From NCBI GenBank assembly GCA_963921275.4, contig OZ001293.3, forward strand, positions 4,352,001 to 4,416,000: a DNA stretch of 64,000 bases. Direction: 5' to 3'. The DNA comes from an uncultured Hormoscilla sp. GTDB taxonomy: Bacteria; Cyanobacteriota; Cyanobacteriia; Cyanobacteriales; Desertifilaceae. Shown one piece after another: positions 12,657 to 23,600 of the stretch. Below the pieces are notes generated by a model that ran no database searches, was not told where the DNA came from, and saw only the letters and a program-made list of their open reading frames with translations. The position numbers and the translations under genes are program-made. The stretch's first letter is position 1. Each line of letters opens with the position of its first letter.

Positions 12657-12968
12657 ATGGAAACTCAAGAAACTCAAATAACTCAAGCTCTGCGGGCGAT
12701 CGCGACCAAAACAATATGGTTCTATGTAACGGGAATGGTAGCATTGAGCATGATTTTTGGTCCAACAGCGATGAAAAGCGGGCTGCTGCCGATTACAATA
12801 GTAGCAGGGGCAGCAGGTGGCACGGCAGCAGTATGGCGATCGCCCGATCTCCAGTCCCAGAAAAAGCTAGAGGGCGTTGCACATTTTCGGGATGATGGGT
12901 TAATGCATATTATTATAATCGGCAATTTTACAGGAAAAATTTATGGCGTTGCACTTCGGACGGGATGA
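12657..12968 (+). CDS. Small hypothetical membrane protein, 3' end overwritten by IS/MITE sequence
   Basis: RBS-like AGGAG upstream and two hydrophobic segments. After about 12871 the ORF reads into GGCGTTGCAC...GGGATGATG element ends. Confidence 0.45.
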   Translation: METQETQITQALRAIATKTIWFYVTGMVALSMIFGPTAMKSGLLPITIVAGAAGGTAAVWRSPDLQSQKKLEGVAHFRDDGLMHIIIIGNFTGKIYGVALRTG

Positions 12969-13055
12969 TGAGCATAGTTGCAATAGTTTTAAACCTAGAC
13001 TACAAGCGACTTTCAGTTATGTGCAAAAAGAGTATCATCCCCTCTGTGCAACGCC
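12945..13055. mobile_element. 111-bp MITE
   Basis: IR GGCGTTGCAC...GGGATGAT / ATCATCCC...GTGCAACGCC; 8-bp direct repeat AAATTTAT at 12937-12944 and 13056-13063; a second left end at about 12873. Confidence 0.8.
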
Positions 13056-13064
13056 AAATTTATA

Positions 13065-13440
13065 AGGGTCTCCTGTACTTATAGTGATAAGTTTTTCTTA
13101 TCAAAGAAGCAAGCTAATACACGCGAACGGAAGTTTTCAAAGTTTGTAAATCCGTAGGCTTGACGTTTAATTAACTTAATCTTATTGTTAATTCCTTCCA
13201 TCACTTGTTGCATGACTAATAAAATAATTACAAATTCCCTCCCTGTGGATCTTGACAGGGGTGATAACATATTAAATCACCCCTGTCAAGATCCACAGCC
13301 AGGTGACTGTCAATCATCTGAGCAGACTTCTGATAAAATAACTTAGCATAAATTAACCATTTTTCTAATTTTTGTTTAGCTGACTTCAACCTCTTGCTGG
13401 TTTCATAGATAGTACGAAGTTCTTCTTTTAGTTGATAGGC
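13065..13440 (-). pseudogene. ISL3-family transposase C-terminal remnant
   Basis: KEELRTIYETS...HLEGICNYF...MEGINNKIKLIKRQAYGFTNFENFRSR. Confidence 0.8.
13243..13298. repeat. 56-bp perfect hairpin mini-element
   Basis: 23-bp perfect inverted repeat CTGTGGATCTTGACAGGGGTGAT, 10-nt loop, flanked by CC on both sides. Confidence 0.85.
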
Positions 13441-13637
13441 AATAGCGATCGCAAGGATATTTTGCTAAAATTACTTCTAGTTTTTCCTGAGCTTCTTTAT
13501 CAAGAGCGGCACCATTATTTAATAATAAATATTTACTGCCTTACAATACTCAAATGGCATGACAAAGAAAAAAGATTCTCGTTCGACGCAATCACCGGTA
13601 CAAAGGAAAAGTAGGGATTCGATCTTTTCAGGGCATG

Positions 13638-13800
13638 GGAGCGCCTGCGCTTACCTCGGTTTCTTTTTGGCGGACAGCAAAAAATTATTTCGCTAGGACT
13701 GCGAGACAATCCCACGAACCGAGAGCAAGCGGAATTTAAAGCGAGGGCGATAGAGCTCGACTAAGACTTGGGCGATTTCGACCAGACGCTGAACCGCTAC
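13638..13800 (+). pseudogene. Arm DNA-binding domain (DUF3596-like) of a tyrosine integrase, remnant
   Basis: RLRLPRFLFGGQQKIISLGLRDNPTNREQAEFKARAIELD*DLGDFDQTLNRY. Confidence 0.65.
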
Positions 13801-14687
13801 GGACTAACGAAGAAACTTCGCTCTAACCTGATGACGGCAAGGTTGTACCCAGTTTCACTAGCAGGGCTATAGGAAATATACATATACTCTCGTCAAGATC
13901 TGGTGAAACCAAGTACCTGGGTAATCAGCTACCAGAGGACTCTGAAACGACTTCAGCAATCGCCGTTTTCCGATCTGACAGCAGAACTGACTTCCGACCA
14001 AGCCTATCAGGTTTACCATTGGGCGATCGCTAACTGGGCTCCCGATGTCGCTCACAAACTCAGTAACTGCTCACCGCAATAGAGACAGCTTATTGAAAAT
14101 ATCTAGCTCGCCTTGCGAGCATTTCTGTTTTCATTACAGGGGGAAACACCGCCCTGAGATTGTGCTCACCCGACCACGCAAAGACCCTTGCATCGGGATG
14201 TAAGCTTAAAAGGCCATAGCACAGCGCCCACTTTTGCACACCAAGTGACTTATTTTCCCTCCAGAGGGTGTATACTAGAGCGTCGGTCCAGTAGAGGGGG
14301 TTGACAAAAAAAAGAAAATGTGCATATACTATCTCGCCGATCCAGTGGAACAGATTTTGGGTAAGAAGAAAATGAGGTCCAGAGGGAGTGAAGGCCAGAG
14401 GGAGGTACGAGAATATATATATTTTCCGTCTATACACAGTAGTTGAAATTTGTCAAGTATTATTAATGGACCGACGCTCTAGCTAGTATGATCTTTACTG
14501 CTGCACCACAAGCCGAGCCCCTGACCTTCACCATCTCAGCAGACGAGATGGTGAGTCGAGTGATGCTAGTCGAGTGGATGGTCAAGCAGCAGCAACTACT
14601 CAAACAACAGGTAAAAAGCGCGGTCCCAAATATAATCACTCTGGAAAGACACGCAATGGATTTGGAGTGCCAGACCACATAGAACAG

Positions 14688-16104
14688 CTCTCAGTACAGG
14701 ACAAAACTCTGAAACCCATACAGATCAAGGATTTTATTTTCAAACAAGGATTTTATTTTCAAACCTTGACAGGGAGAAGCTACCTATGATATGATATATT
14801 ATATTATGTACTCATACTCGACCAAACATCGCTCTCGCTAATTATGAATCACATTGATATACTGTCACAAGAATTAAAACAAATTTTTGAATGGCATGGC
14901 GCAAGAATTAATTGTTTGGCTAATTTTTTAATAGCTTTATTTAAAGTAAAAACAGTCAATCTGGCACAAATTGCGACAGCTTTTTCGAGACTGGCTCAAA
15001 CAGATTCTCATTACAAACATCTACAAAGGTTTTTTAAATTTTTCACTCTCAATGAGTCTAAACATGCTCAATTGATCGTCAAGCTTATATGTAACAGTAA
15101 AAAATGGATACTTACATTAGATAGAACCAACTGGTTGTATGGAAAGAAAAATATAAATATATTGACTTTAGGAATTGCTCATGAAGGAATAGCATTTCCA
15201 ATTTTATTTGACTAGCAAAAAAGGAAATTATAATACTGAAGAAAGAAAAAATATCATCCTGCCTGAATATTTTGGGAACAGATAGAATTGATTATTTAAC
15301 GGGCGATCGGGAATTAGTTTGGTAAAGAATGGTTCGATTTCCTTTTGAATAAAAAAATATCATTTAGAATCAGGATCAGAAAAACAGATCAGGTGGCTAA
15401 CAGTCGAGGATAACTTGTAGCAACTCAAACATTATTCCGTGACTTAAAAGCTAATGAATCCATTGTTTTAGAACAAAAAAGAGCGGTTTGGGGAAATCCT
15501 CTTTATGTTGCAGGGTTAAGGCTTCCAGATGGAGAATTATTAATTGTAGTATCTCCGGATTCTCCAAAAACAATTATAGAAGATTATGGGCGGAGATGGG
15601 AAATTAAAACCTTATTTGGCTGCTTGAAAACTCGTGGTTTTAACCTAGAATCAACTCATATGACTGAACCAGAAAAAATAAAAAAAATGGTAGCTTTATT
15701 GGCTATTGCTTTATGTTGGGCACATCAATTGGGAGTCGGTGTATCCTGGGTAGTGCGATCGCGCAGGACACTTATCCCGGTGCGCGCAGGGCATGTAGCG
15801 CTCCCAGGATACACCGAAGTTTTACATGAACAAAAACCTATCAAAAAACATGGTCGTCAAGCAAAGAATTTGTTTCCTTATAGATTTGACTGAGAAATGT
15901 TTTATTTAATCTTGATGAAAAACAGGAATAATATCTTAATATATTGGCAATATATTTTGAAGCAATAACATGTTAAAATTCATCAATATGTCATAAATTT
16001 TAATTTAAATTTATAACCGAATTTATTATTATTAACATCGGCTAAAATTTATATTCCAGCAACGCCAAAAACACATGAAGTAAAGTTTTGTCCTGTACTG
16101 AGAG
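14688..16104 (+). mobile_element. IS4-family insertion sequence with degraded transposase (14844 to about 15893)
   Basis: 21-bp IR CTCTCAGTACAGGACAAAACT / AGTTTTGTCCTGTACTGAGAG; motifs LTLDRTNW, NILTLGI, Y..RWEI..LF..LKTRGFNLESTH; several stops and frameshifts. Confidence 0.85.
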
Positions 16105-17779
16105 ATCGCGGTACTTGATTCGGAAGGTGGATCGAGCGATCGCTACGCAGATCTTTTCGACTTTGATGTACTCGACCTTAGCACTCCCAGCTTGACGAAC
16201 TACATCAACGCGATTGAAGCGGCAGGGGTTGAAGGTTACGACATTTGCATTATCGATAGCCTCAGCCACGCCTGGCAATCGACCTTAGAATTCGTCGATC
16301 GCTTTTCCAACAAGATGCTGGGATGGGCAAAAGTCAATCCCGAGCTTGGGAAACTAAGGAATGCCATCCTTCAGAGTCCCTGCCACGTCATTGCCACCTT
16401 CCGCTCAAAGACTGAATGGGCGATCGAGCATGACGGGGGGAAAGCCAAGCCGAGAAAACTGGGTATGGTTCCAGTCTTTCGCGATGGCATCGAATAGGAA
16501 TTTGACATCTTTGGGGAAATTAACGAGCGAGTCTTGTCAATCTCCAAATCTCGCTGTCCCGAACTTCAAGGGATGACTTTCTCTTCTCCAGGAGCAAATA
16601 TAGCTGGATGGGGTCGAGCCGGGAATCGCTTCCCGACCCTCCCTTGAGGAACCGGACTTGCGATTTTCACCGCATCCGGCTACTGGGTACTAGGCCCTTT
16701 TCATAGGTAGACTTAATAGGAATTACTTCCGTTAGCCCTTGCCGCCTGTCTTTTCTTCCCTTTCCTGGTTTAGCGAGTGGTTGTTCTGATAACCGTTAGT
16801 ATCACCATTTTCAAGTCAGTTTTACCAGTTATCCATACCTTATCCTCCACTTGCGTTTCGGATTAGTTCCGTGGCTTTTTAGGATTACTCATTCCAGCAG
16901 CTTCCTAGTATCACCGACCCACGTCAGCGCTGGCTACCCAGCATCATCTACATTACTGTAGATGTTATCCCAGGAATTACCCCGGGCATTCGCTTCTTGG
17001 GCCATCCCTCCCCCCGTGGCTTGCGCTTAACATCTAACTTGTCCTGATGGACAGCACACGAGAGGTTACTTCGTTCCCTAACAACATTTCGCGATACCTT
17101 TAGGTCCACACTATACCCCGGGAGCTATTTGAGTACTATATTAGCCAGAGTCTAAAACTAATACTAGCTACCATTTCCTTTTTAGGCCAGCGCATATAGC
17201 CTTATTTCGCTGGTTCCTTATAACGAGGCTTGCACATGTTTGCCTGCTCTAACCTTGGATATCTTTCCTAGCGGCGTCACCGGCTTAGGCTGCCAGTTAT
17301 CCTACATTTGAGTCCTCGCTTAGCACCACGATGATGTCGCTTCGTAGCACCGAGGACCGGTGTCACCCCCGTACCTGGGGGGAGGGGAATTTAACCCCCA
17401 TGCGGTCAGAGTTCCCGGCTAATGAAACCGGGCTAGCGTTCCGTGTTTGACCACGTTAGGCTAGAACGAATCGCACAATCTCCTAAAGGATTGGCTCGGC
17501 CCAGAAAGCGATCGCCTGCCAGCTCCAGCGACCGCTCCAGTATTTTCACAACCTCAAGATCAAATTTGGCGTCAGTGGAAAAACCCCAAGATGGCGATGG
17601 ACTGGGCTTGTAAAAAGCTGCCGACATATGAAAGGAGCGAAATCAAAAAGCTGTTTGACAATATGCCAACAGATCTCGACGGCAAAAAAGCTCCCGTCTG
17701 GCAATCATATATTGAGAGCTTGATGGACTCAGAGAAGACCGAAACGAAACTGGATCAACCACAAACCTTAGCTATGTAG
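16105..17779 (+). pseudogene. Phage-type AAA ATPase (AAA_24 / Sak4-like), 5'-truncated by IS4 and interrupted by an antisense group II intron
   Basis: IAVLDSEGGS, IIDSLSHAW, SPCHVIATFRSKTEW, RDGIE*EFD; PGANIA|NLLKDWL rejoins in frame when 16606-17476 is removed. Confidence 0.75.
16606..17476 (-). mobile_element. ORF-less group II intron, copy B, 871 nt
   Basis: Reverse complement of 10037-10907 with only a few substitutions; same GTGCG start and domains V and VI. Confidence 0.92.
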
Positions 17780-17782
17780 GAG

Positions 17783-18103
17783 GTGTTAAAGATGTCCAAA
17801 ATCAACTCATTACTCGATTACTGTCAGTCAAGTTATTGGCAAAATTTGAAGATTCCAGAAATTTTAAACTGGATAGAGGCCGTAACTTGGTCTATCCGCG
17901 AGAACGACTCAATCCTTGCTGATGGGATCTGGTCTTGCGAAATAGACTTGTCTGGTTTCGGTCGGGTAAAAGAGGATTTCCAGGAACCGATTGACACGAA
18001 TGAAAATTTATACGAATTCTTATTGTGGGCCGCAAAACGTCAGACGTATTTGCAGAACCTCGAACACATCCTGGGGCAATATGTTGACCCAAGCAAAAGC
18101 TAA
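17783..18103 (+). CDS. Hypothetical protein of the decayed mobile element
   Basis: Intact 106-aa ORF with GGAGG upstream, tightly packed with its neighbours. Confidence 0.5.
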   Translation: MLKMSKINSLLDYCQSSYWQNLKIPEILNWIEAVTWSIRENDSILADGIWSCEIDLSGFGRVKEDFQEPIDTNENLYEFLLWAAKRQTYLQNLEHILGQYVDPSKS

Positions 18104-18122
18104 AGAGACCCCGGGAGAAATA

Positions 18123-18780
18123 ATGAATCAAGCACTCAAAAATTTTGTTCTATCTGCTGATTTTGGGAACTACGAACTGAAATTATAGGACGGCTCTCGG
18201 ACTCGCTCCATTCGCTCGATTCAATTTCGATTACCCCAAGGACGGCAGCCTTTACAAGGAAAGCCCAACAGTCCTGTGCTCGAATACCAAGGAAAAACCT
18301 GGCATATCGGATTCAAAGCCTACGAATACAGGAAAACGTATCACTTTGTCGAAGGAGACTTGTCTAAGGAAGTTCTGCTGGCAATGCTCGCTTGTTGCGA
18401 GTTTCCCGCCAAAGAATTTAAGCTTACCGTTCGGACCTCTCACCCTACGCCATCTTTGGCTGCGGACAGCATCAAAAGTCGGTTACAGGGTTGTCACCGA
18501 TTTTCCAGGAATGGCCACCATTGCATCGTTCATGTTGAGGACGTAACTGTAGAACCCGAAGGATTGGGAGCTTGGCGGTACGCCAAAAAACAAGGTTTAA
18601 TCCCCGACCAGGGCTATACGGTTGTAATCGACATTGGCGGAGGTACTTGGCTTAGTCGCCTGTTCAATCCCTCTGGTGACATTATCGATCAATCTGTTGA
18701 CGAGCGCGGCGGCGGTTACGACCTGGCGACCTCGATCAGCTTTGACGATCGCTACAAAACGCGCTCGGGAAGCGCCGGTA
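18123..18780 (+). pseudogene. ParM/StbA-like actin-fold partition ATPase
   Basis: SADFGNYELK* (stop at 18186), VEPEGLGAW, VVIDIGGGTW actin phosphate loops; C-terminus lost. Confidence 0.75.
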
Positions 18781-19173
18781 CCTATACCAAGGTGTTCCCC
18801 GGCGTGAAATCACTCCTAGGGATGCCCGGCAGTTCTCGAACCTGGCTAAAGAAACCCAGCAGCAGGTTGATCTGCGGCAGCAAGCCTATCAGTTCTTAGC
18901 TAAGGCTGCGATCGGGCAACTGACAGCCGACAAGCTTTACCTGGAAATCCAGCAACTGCTAACCCAGATTCAAGTCCAGCAGGGCATTCTAACTGCCGAC
19001 CATCGTGCATTTCTCAGCGGGCAGCGCCTAGATCTGACATCCAAGCAGTACGAGGTAAAGGCATTGCTAGCAGCGGACGCCGATCGGGAAAAGCAAATCA
19101 AAGCCAGCTTTTCTCACAGGCTAGCCCCGGCAGCAACTACAGTCTCGGCGGTCTCGGTTGAGGAGGTGGAGGA

Positions 19174-19395
19174 ATGACACCAGTAACGCGCGAGCTTCTC
19201 AAGTTTGGAAGCTTTGCAGTTGGAGGGTTTGCTGCCCTCACGCTTCTCACGATCCATGCATCCATTTGGATCGCCATCGGGGTTTACGTTTTGATGATTG
19301 CCGGGGTGCTGTCCCGTTTTATGGAAAGCGACGCCATCCCCGGGCTGGTAATTCTTGCTTTGGCTTGGGCGATCGGCTTATGGCTGGGGGTGTGA
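19174..19395 (+). CDS. Small three-TM hypothetical protein
   Basis: GGAGG RBS, hydrophobic 73-aa ORF followed directly by the next start. Confidence 0.5.
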   Translation: MTPVTRELLKFGSFAVGGFAALTLLTIHASIWIAIGVYVLMIAGVLSRFMESDAIPGLVILALAWAIGLWLGV

Positions 19396-19396
19396 G

Positions 19397-20150
19397 ATGA
19401 AGCAACTAAGCTACAAAACCGACCCCTATCTGTCCCTGAAGTTGGGAGGAGCTTTGACGACTGCAATGATTGCGGCAGTAGTGTCAGCGGGAATGCCAGA
19501 GAGCAAAAGTCTAGCCGAGCTAACCAATTGGGAAAAGACTTTGAAGACGATCGGGGCTGGCTCAGCGCTCGCAGCTTCTGTGGGGGTTGCTGCAGCTTGT
19601 ATCAAAGACGAATCGCGATCGCTCGTGACTGATTGCGCATGGCTGCGCCACGCTACGCGATCGGGAGATTAGCGACCAGATGACCGTGACCCTGGCGCAA
19701 TCTACAGCAGCTTATTTTCGCAATTATCCTTTGGCTTGGAAGATGGGGCTAGACGTCCCCAATCGCTGGCATGAAGTCTATGCTTTAACGGGAGGCTACA
19801 GCGAAAAGCTTCCCGCGCTAATGGCAAGCGATCGCCCCGTAGTGGAAATTGCCGCCTCTGCGATTGACACTAAACCCTCACCAGTGCTAGTTCCCAGGCG
19901 AACAATTGCTCAAGAAGCAGTCGCGCAGATTACCCGCCCTGAATATCAGGATTTAACAGACATGGAATTTCTCAATCACATATAAGATTCTGATTATAGT
20001 TGGATTGACGCGCTAGTTATCTACCCAACTGTCTTGATTTTTTGTGCTTTTGGAAGCGGGAAAACATCCTTTGCCCTTCATCTGATCAGCAAACCCCTGG
20101 CGCTGAAACACACGGTTATTGCTCTATATCCACGATGCGGATGGTAGCAG
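19397..20150 (+). pseudogene. Membrane-anchored P-loop ATPase fragments
   Basis: Two TM helices, then a frame break at the 22-bp repeat (19639-19660), then degenerate Walker A (CAFGSGKTS) at about 20045. Confidence 0.4.
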
Positions 20151-20451
20151 AACATTAATCAATAGATTTTGAAAAGTTCAACTGAACTGGCTCTCACATT
20201 CTTTGCTTGCGGCTTCCTCACACAGTCAGATTACGAGATACTGGTAATATCAATTGAGATCTCAGACCGCGTGATAGAAGAACAGGAGAAAGTGGCAGTT
20301 AAAGCAAATTTTGCTCGCCAAGCTGTTGAGATGGTGCAGCGTCTTTCTCACTTTTATTCCTAACTTCTGGAAGGTCACCATCTAGAAAGTCAGTCCAGTC
20401 GAAATCCTAGCTAAAATGACAGCGCTTACTACGAACAGATCGATCGTACCT

Positions 20452-20931
20452 ATGGTAATCAAAGTCCAACCTCACCATCTCCAAGCAATACAAGGGGACG
20501 CGGAAAGTAGGTATCCGTCAGAATGCTGTGGCTTGCTATTGGGTAAAATGTCCGGAGATGTCAAAACTATCATAGAAGTCTTGCCAACGGAAAACAGCTG
20601 GGATGACAGCGCCGCCGAGGCTTTCAGTGAAATTACCGGGTCAGGGAAACTGGGTACGACGAGACGCGAACGATACTCCATCGCCCCCGACACCCTACTC
20701 AAAGTCCAAAAACAAGCACGTGATCGCCATCTGGAACTGGTCGGGGTTTATCATTCCCACCCGGACCACCCCGCCGTGCCATCAGAGTTTGATCGGGTGA
20801 TCGCCTGGGAAGAATACTCCTATATAATAGTATCAGTCCTTCAAGGAGAGGCCGCAGACCTCCGCCGCTGGTGTCTGGATGGCGATCTCCAATTCCAACC
20901 GGAAAAAATCCTTAAGATAGAATCAAGCTAG
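20452..20931 (+). CDS. M67 family JAB/MPN metallopeptidase (Mec-like)
   Basis: YPSECCGLLLG, VGVYHSHPDHPAVPSEFD; start may be 20416. Confidence 0.9.
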   Translation: MVIKVQPHHLQAIQGDAESRYPSECCGLLLGKMSGDVKTIIEVLPTENSWDDSAAEAFSEITGSGKLGTTRRERYSIAPDTLLKVQKQARDRHLELVGVYHSHPDHPAVPSEFDRVIAWEEYSYIIVSVLQGEAADLRRWCLDGDLQFQPEKILKIESS

Positions 20932-20989
20932 AGTACAAGCCTGGTTAAAATGTAAAACTCGACACAGCGCAATAATCATCATTATCGCT

Positions 20990-22162
20990 ATGCTCAATCC
21001 CAATCTGGAGGAAATCCAGCTCACCAAAGAAGAATACGAACGATACTCCCGCCATCTGATAGTGCCAGAAATCGGACTGGAAGGGCAGAAACGGCTTAAA
21101 GCGGCCAGCGTCTTGTGCCTTGGCACTGGCGGACTCGGTTCGCCCCTGCTGCTATACCTGGCAGCAGCGGGAGTAGGACACATCGGCATTGTAGATTTTG
21201 ATGTCGTGGATAGTTCCAACCTGCAACGTCAGGTGATCCATGGTATTTCTTGGGTAGGGAAACCCAAAATTGAATCTGCCAAAAATCGGATTCACGAAAT
21301 CAATCCCAACTGCCAAGTGAACCTGTACAATACCCGCATCAGTTCGGAAAACGCCCTGGAAATCCTCGAACCTTATGACATTGTAGTGGATGGCACGGAT
21401 AACTTCCCCACCCGCTATCTGGTGAATGACGCCTGCGTGCTGCTGAATAAACCCAACGTCTATGGTTCGATTTTCCGGTTTGAAGGTCAAGCAACAGTCT
21501 TCAACTACGAAGACGGTCCCAACTACCGCGACCTCTACCCCGAACCCCCACCGCCGGGAATGGTGCCATCCTGTGCAGAAGGAGGGGTTTTAGGGATTTT
21601 GCCCGGGATAATTGGTGTCATCCAAGCAACAGAAACAGTCAAAATCATCACGGGTAAGGGTACGACCCTCAGCGGACGCCTGCTGCTGTATGATGCTCTG
21701 AATATGACATTCCGGGAACTGAAATTACGACCCAATCCCGAACGTCCCGTGATTGAGAAATTAATTGATTACGAACAATTCTGTGGAATTCCCCAAGCAA
21801 ATATGGAAGCAGCAAAACAACAAGCCGAAATCCGGGAAATGACCGTCACTGAACTCAAGCAATTGATGGATAGTGGCGCAGATGATTTCGTCCTGGTGGA
21901 TGTTCGCAACCCCCACGAGTACGAAATTGCGAAGATTCCCGGTTCGCAGCTAGTGCCATTACCGGACATTGAAAGCGGTGCAGGTGTCCAAAAGATTAAA
22001 GAAATCCTCAACGGTCACAAGTTGATTGCTCACTGTAAGATGGGTGGGCGTTCTGCTAAAGCCTTGGGTATTCTGAAAGAAGCTGGCATAGAAGGCATTA
22101 ATGTCAAAGGCGGCATTACAGCCTGGAGTCAAGAAGTCGATCTATCAGTGCCCCAGTATTAA
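20990..22162 (+). CDS. moeB: Molybdopterin-synthase adenylyltransferase MoeB with rhodanese domain
   Basis: RYSRHL, GTGGLGSP, SNLQRQ, DGTDNFPTRY, PSCAEGGVLG, C-terminal rhodanese HCKMGGRS. Confidence 0.95.
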   Translation: MLNPNLEEIQLTKEEYERYSRHLIVPEIGLEGQKRLKAASVLCLGTGGLGSPLLLYLAAAGVGHIGIVDFDVVDSSNLQRQVIHGISWVGKPKIESAKNRIHEINPNCQVNLYNTRISSENALEILEPYDIVVDGTDNFPTRYLVNDACVLLNKPNVYGSIFRFEGQATVFNYEDGPNYRDLYPEPPPPGMVPSCAEGGVLGILPGIIGVIQATETVKIITGKGTTLSGRLLLYDALNMTFRELKLRPNPERPVIEKLIDYEQFCGIPQANMEAAKQQAEIREMTVTELKQLMDSGADDFVLVDVRNPHEYEIAKIPGSQLVPLPDIESGAGVQKIKEILNGHKLIAHCKMGGRSAKALGILKEAGIEGINVKGGITAWSQEVDLSVPQY

Positions 22163-22288
22163 GCATGTAGGGTGGGCAATGCCCACCTGTCACCCTGGGA
22201 TCTCGATCCCCAACATGTAATAATAATCATAGGAGTCCGTACTGGTCTATTCGGTCTGGATCCTGTAAGATAAGTTGAGGATATACTC

Positions 22289-22567
22289 ATGGCTCGCACA
22301 ACAGGAGACACCACAGGAGTTCAGCCTAGGAAATCTGGCAGAACTGGCAGCAAGGGAAATACATCCAAGTGTAAAACTTTCAGGGGATATGAAGAATTTG
22401 AAATAGACCGCGAACAGTTGCTAGAAATGATAGCATCCCTGGAAAGTTTGTCTGAAAAAAATAAAGGTGCTCCAGACTACAAGGCGATCGCTTTTTCGTT
22501 CCAGTGGTTAATCTATGAATGTAGACAAGGCGATCGCCTTGTCAGACGTTGCTATCGGCAGTTTTAA
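22289..22567 (+). CDS. Hypothetical protein
   Basis: GAGG RBS upstream, 92-aa ORF, no recognised motif. Confidence 0.4.
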   Translation: MARTTGDTTGVQPRKSGRTGSKGNTSKCKTFRGYEEFEIDREQLLEMIASLESLSEKNKGAPDYKAIAFSFQWLIYECRQGDRLVRRCYRQF

Positions 22568-22569
22568 CG

Positions 22570-22740
22570 CTAAAATACCCAATAGTAACCTTAAAACTAG
22601 CGCTGAAAACGTTAAAGTTGGTAAGAGCAACGTTAAAATTGGCGATCAAAACGTTAAAATTATCAATAATAACGTTTAACCTAACGCTCAAAACGTTAAA
22701 ATCAGTGAGAAGAACGTTAAAATTGGCGCTCGGAACCCTG
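22570..22740. repeat. Degenerate 21-bp tandem repeat (core AACGTTAAAATT), about 7 units
   Basis: ACGTTAAA recurs at 21-bp spacing; gives 7-aa periodic ORFs on both strands. Confidence 0.75.
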
Positions 22741-22839
22741 GCATCACTTAGAGTTACGCAGGAATTGTCGATTAGAAAGCTGAAATGGTCGATTTGAACG
22801 CAGCGAGCGCCCGATCGCCCCATTGTCGGAAATTACCAA

Positions 22840-23540
22840 GCCAGCGCCATGCCATCAGCACAAGGTTCAGAAGCAGCGATCAGCACTCCAGAATGCCAGC
22901 AGATAATTTGACCGAGACCAAAAAAGCCTGTGTTATCCTGCTGCAACCCCAGCCTGCCCCTTTCCCGAGGAGCGATCGGGCCACACGACAGGCACCGCTG
23001 GCTCCAACAGCACTTTATTGGGATCTATAAATCGCCACCGAGGAGCATCCAAAGCAGCTTGGGGGTTCAGATCGTAATCAACCTATTAACCACAACTTGC
23101 AGATGTCCTTGAGGCTGCATAGAAGCTCCCATAACACCAAAAGGTCCAATTGACCATCTCGAGTCAGGAAAGCCGGGATAATAGTATGGAAAGGGCGCTT
23201 AGCTGGGGCCAACTGATTTGGATGTCCTGATGCGAGAGTGAAGCAACTGCCTCGACTTTGTAGGGCGATACCAGTTCCTTCTGGGAGAATACTGCTGCCA
23301 AAACCCAGATAATTAGATTGGATGAAAGAGACAATTAATTCTCCATCCGCTGCGGCTAAATAGACAGTTCCGCTACCGTGAGGGCGATCGCCATTGCCAG
23401 GGCAGCATCAACAGCATTTCCCCCTGCCCATAGCATTTACATGCCAGCAAGAGTAGCCAAAGCTTGAGAAGTTGCTACAGCACCGCCCTGTCCCATCATT
23501 ACTCTTCTTGCCCCCGGGTAGGGGTAGTCAGTCAGGTTTC
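22840..23540 (-). pseudogene. ggt: Gamma-glutamyltransferase remnant with large internal deletion
   Basis: GAVATSQALA near the N-terminus joined to GTVYLAAADGELIVSFIQSNYLGFGS, KRPFHTIIPAF, MQPQGHLQ. Confidence 0.75.
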
Positions 23541-23600
23541 CTTTGAGCCTTTTCCCTGAATTATCAAGTCTGAAATATTTTCTCCATACCAGATTGATTG

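Noticed and set aside
10037..17476. Composite transposon or invertible segment bounded by 871-bp inverted repeats
   Set aside because: Each repeat is a group II intron flanked by the two matching halves of its own host gene, so they are independent insertions and no inversion has occurred
20416..22162. JAB protease plus E1-like enzyme as an anti-phage ubiquitin-like system (CBASS Cap2/Cap3 or Bil type)
   Set aside because: The E1 is a canonical MoeB-rhodanese; there is no E2, cyclase or effector nearby; the pair is ordinary sulfur-carrier metabolism
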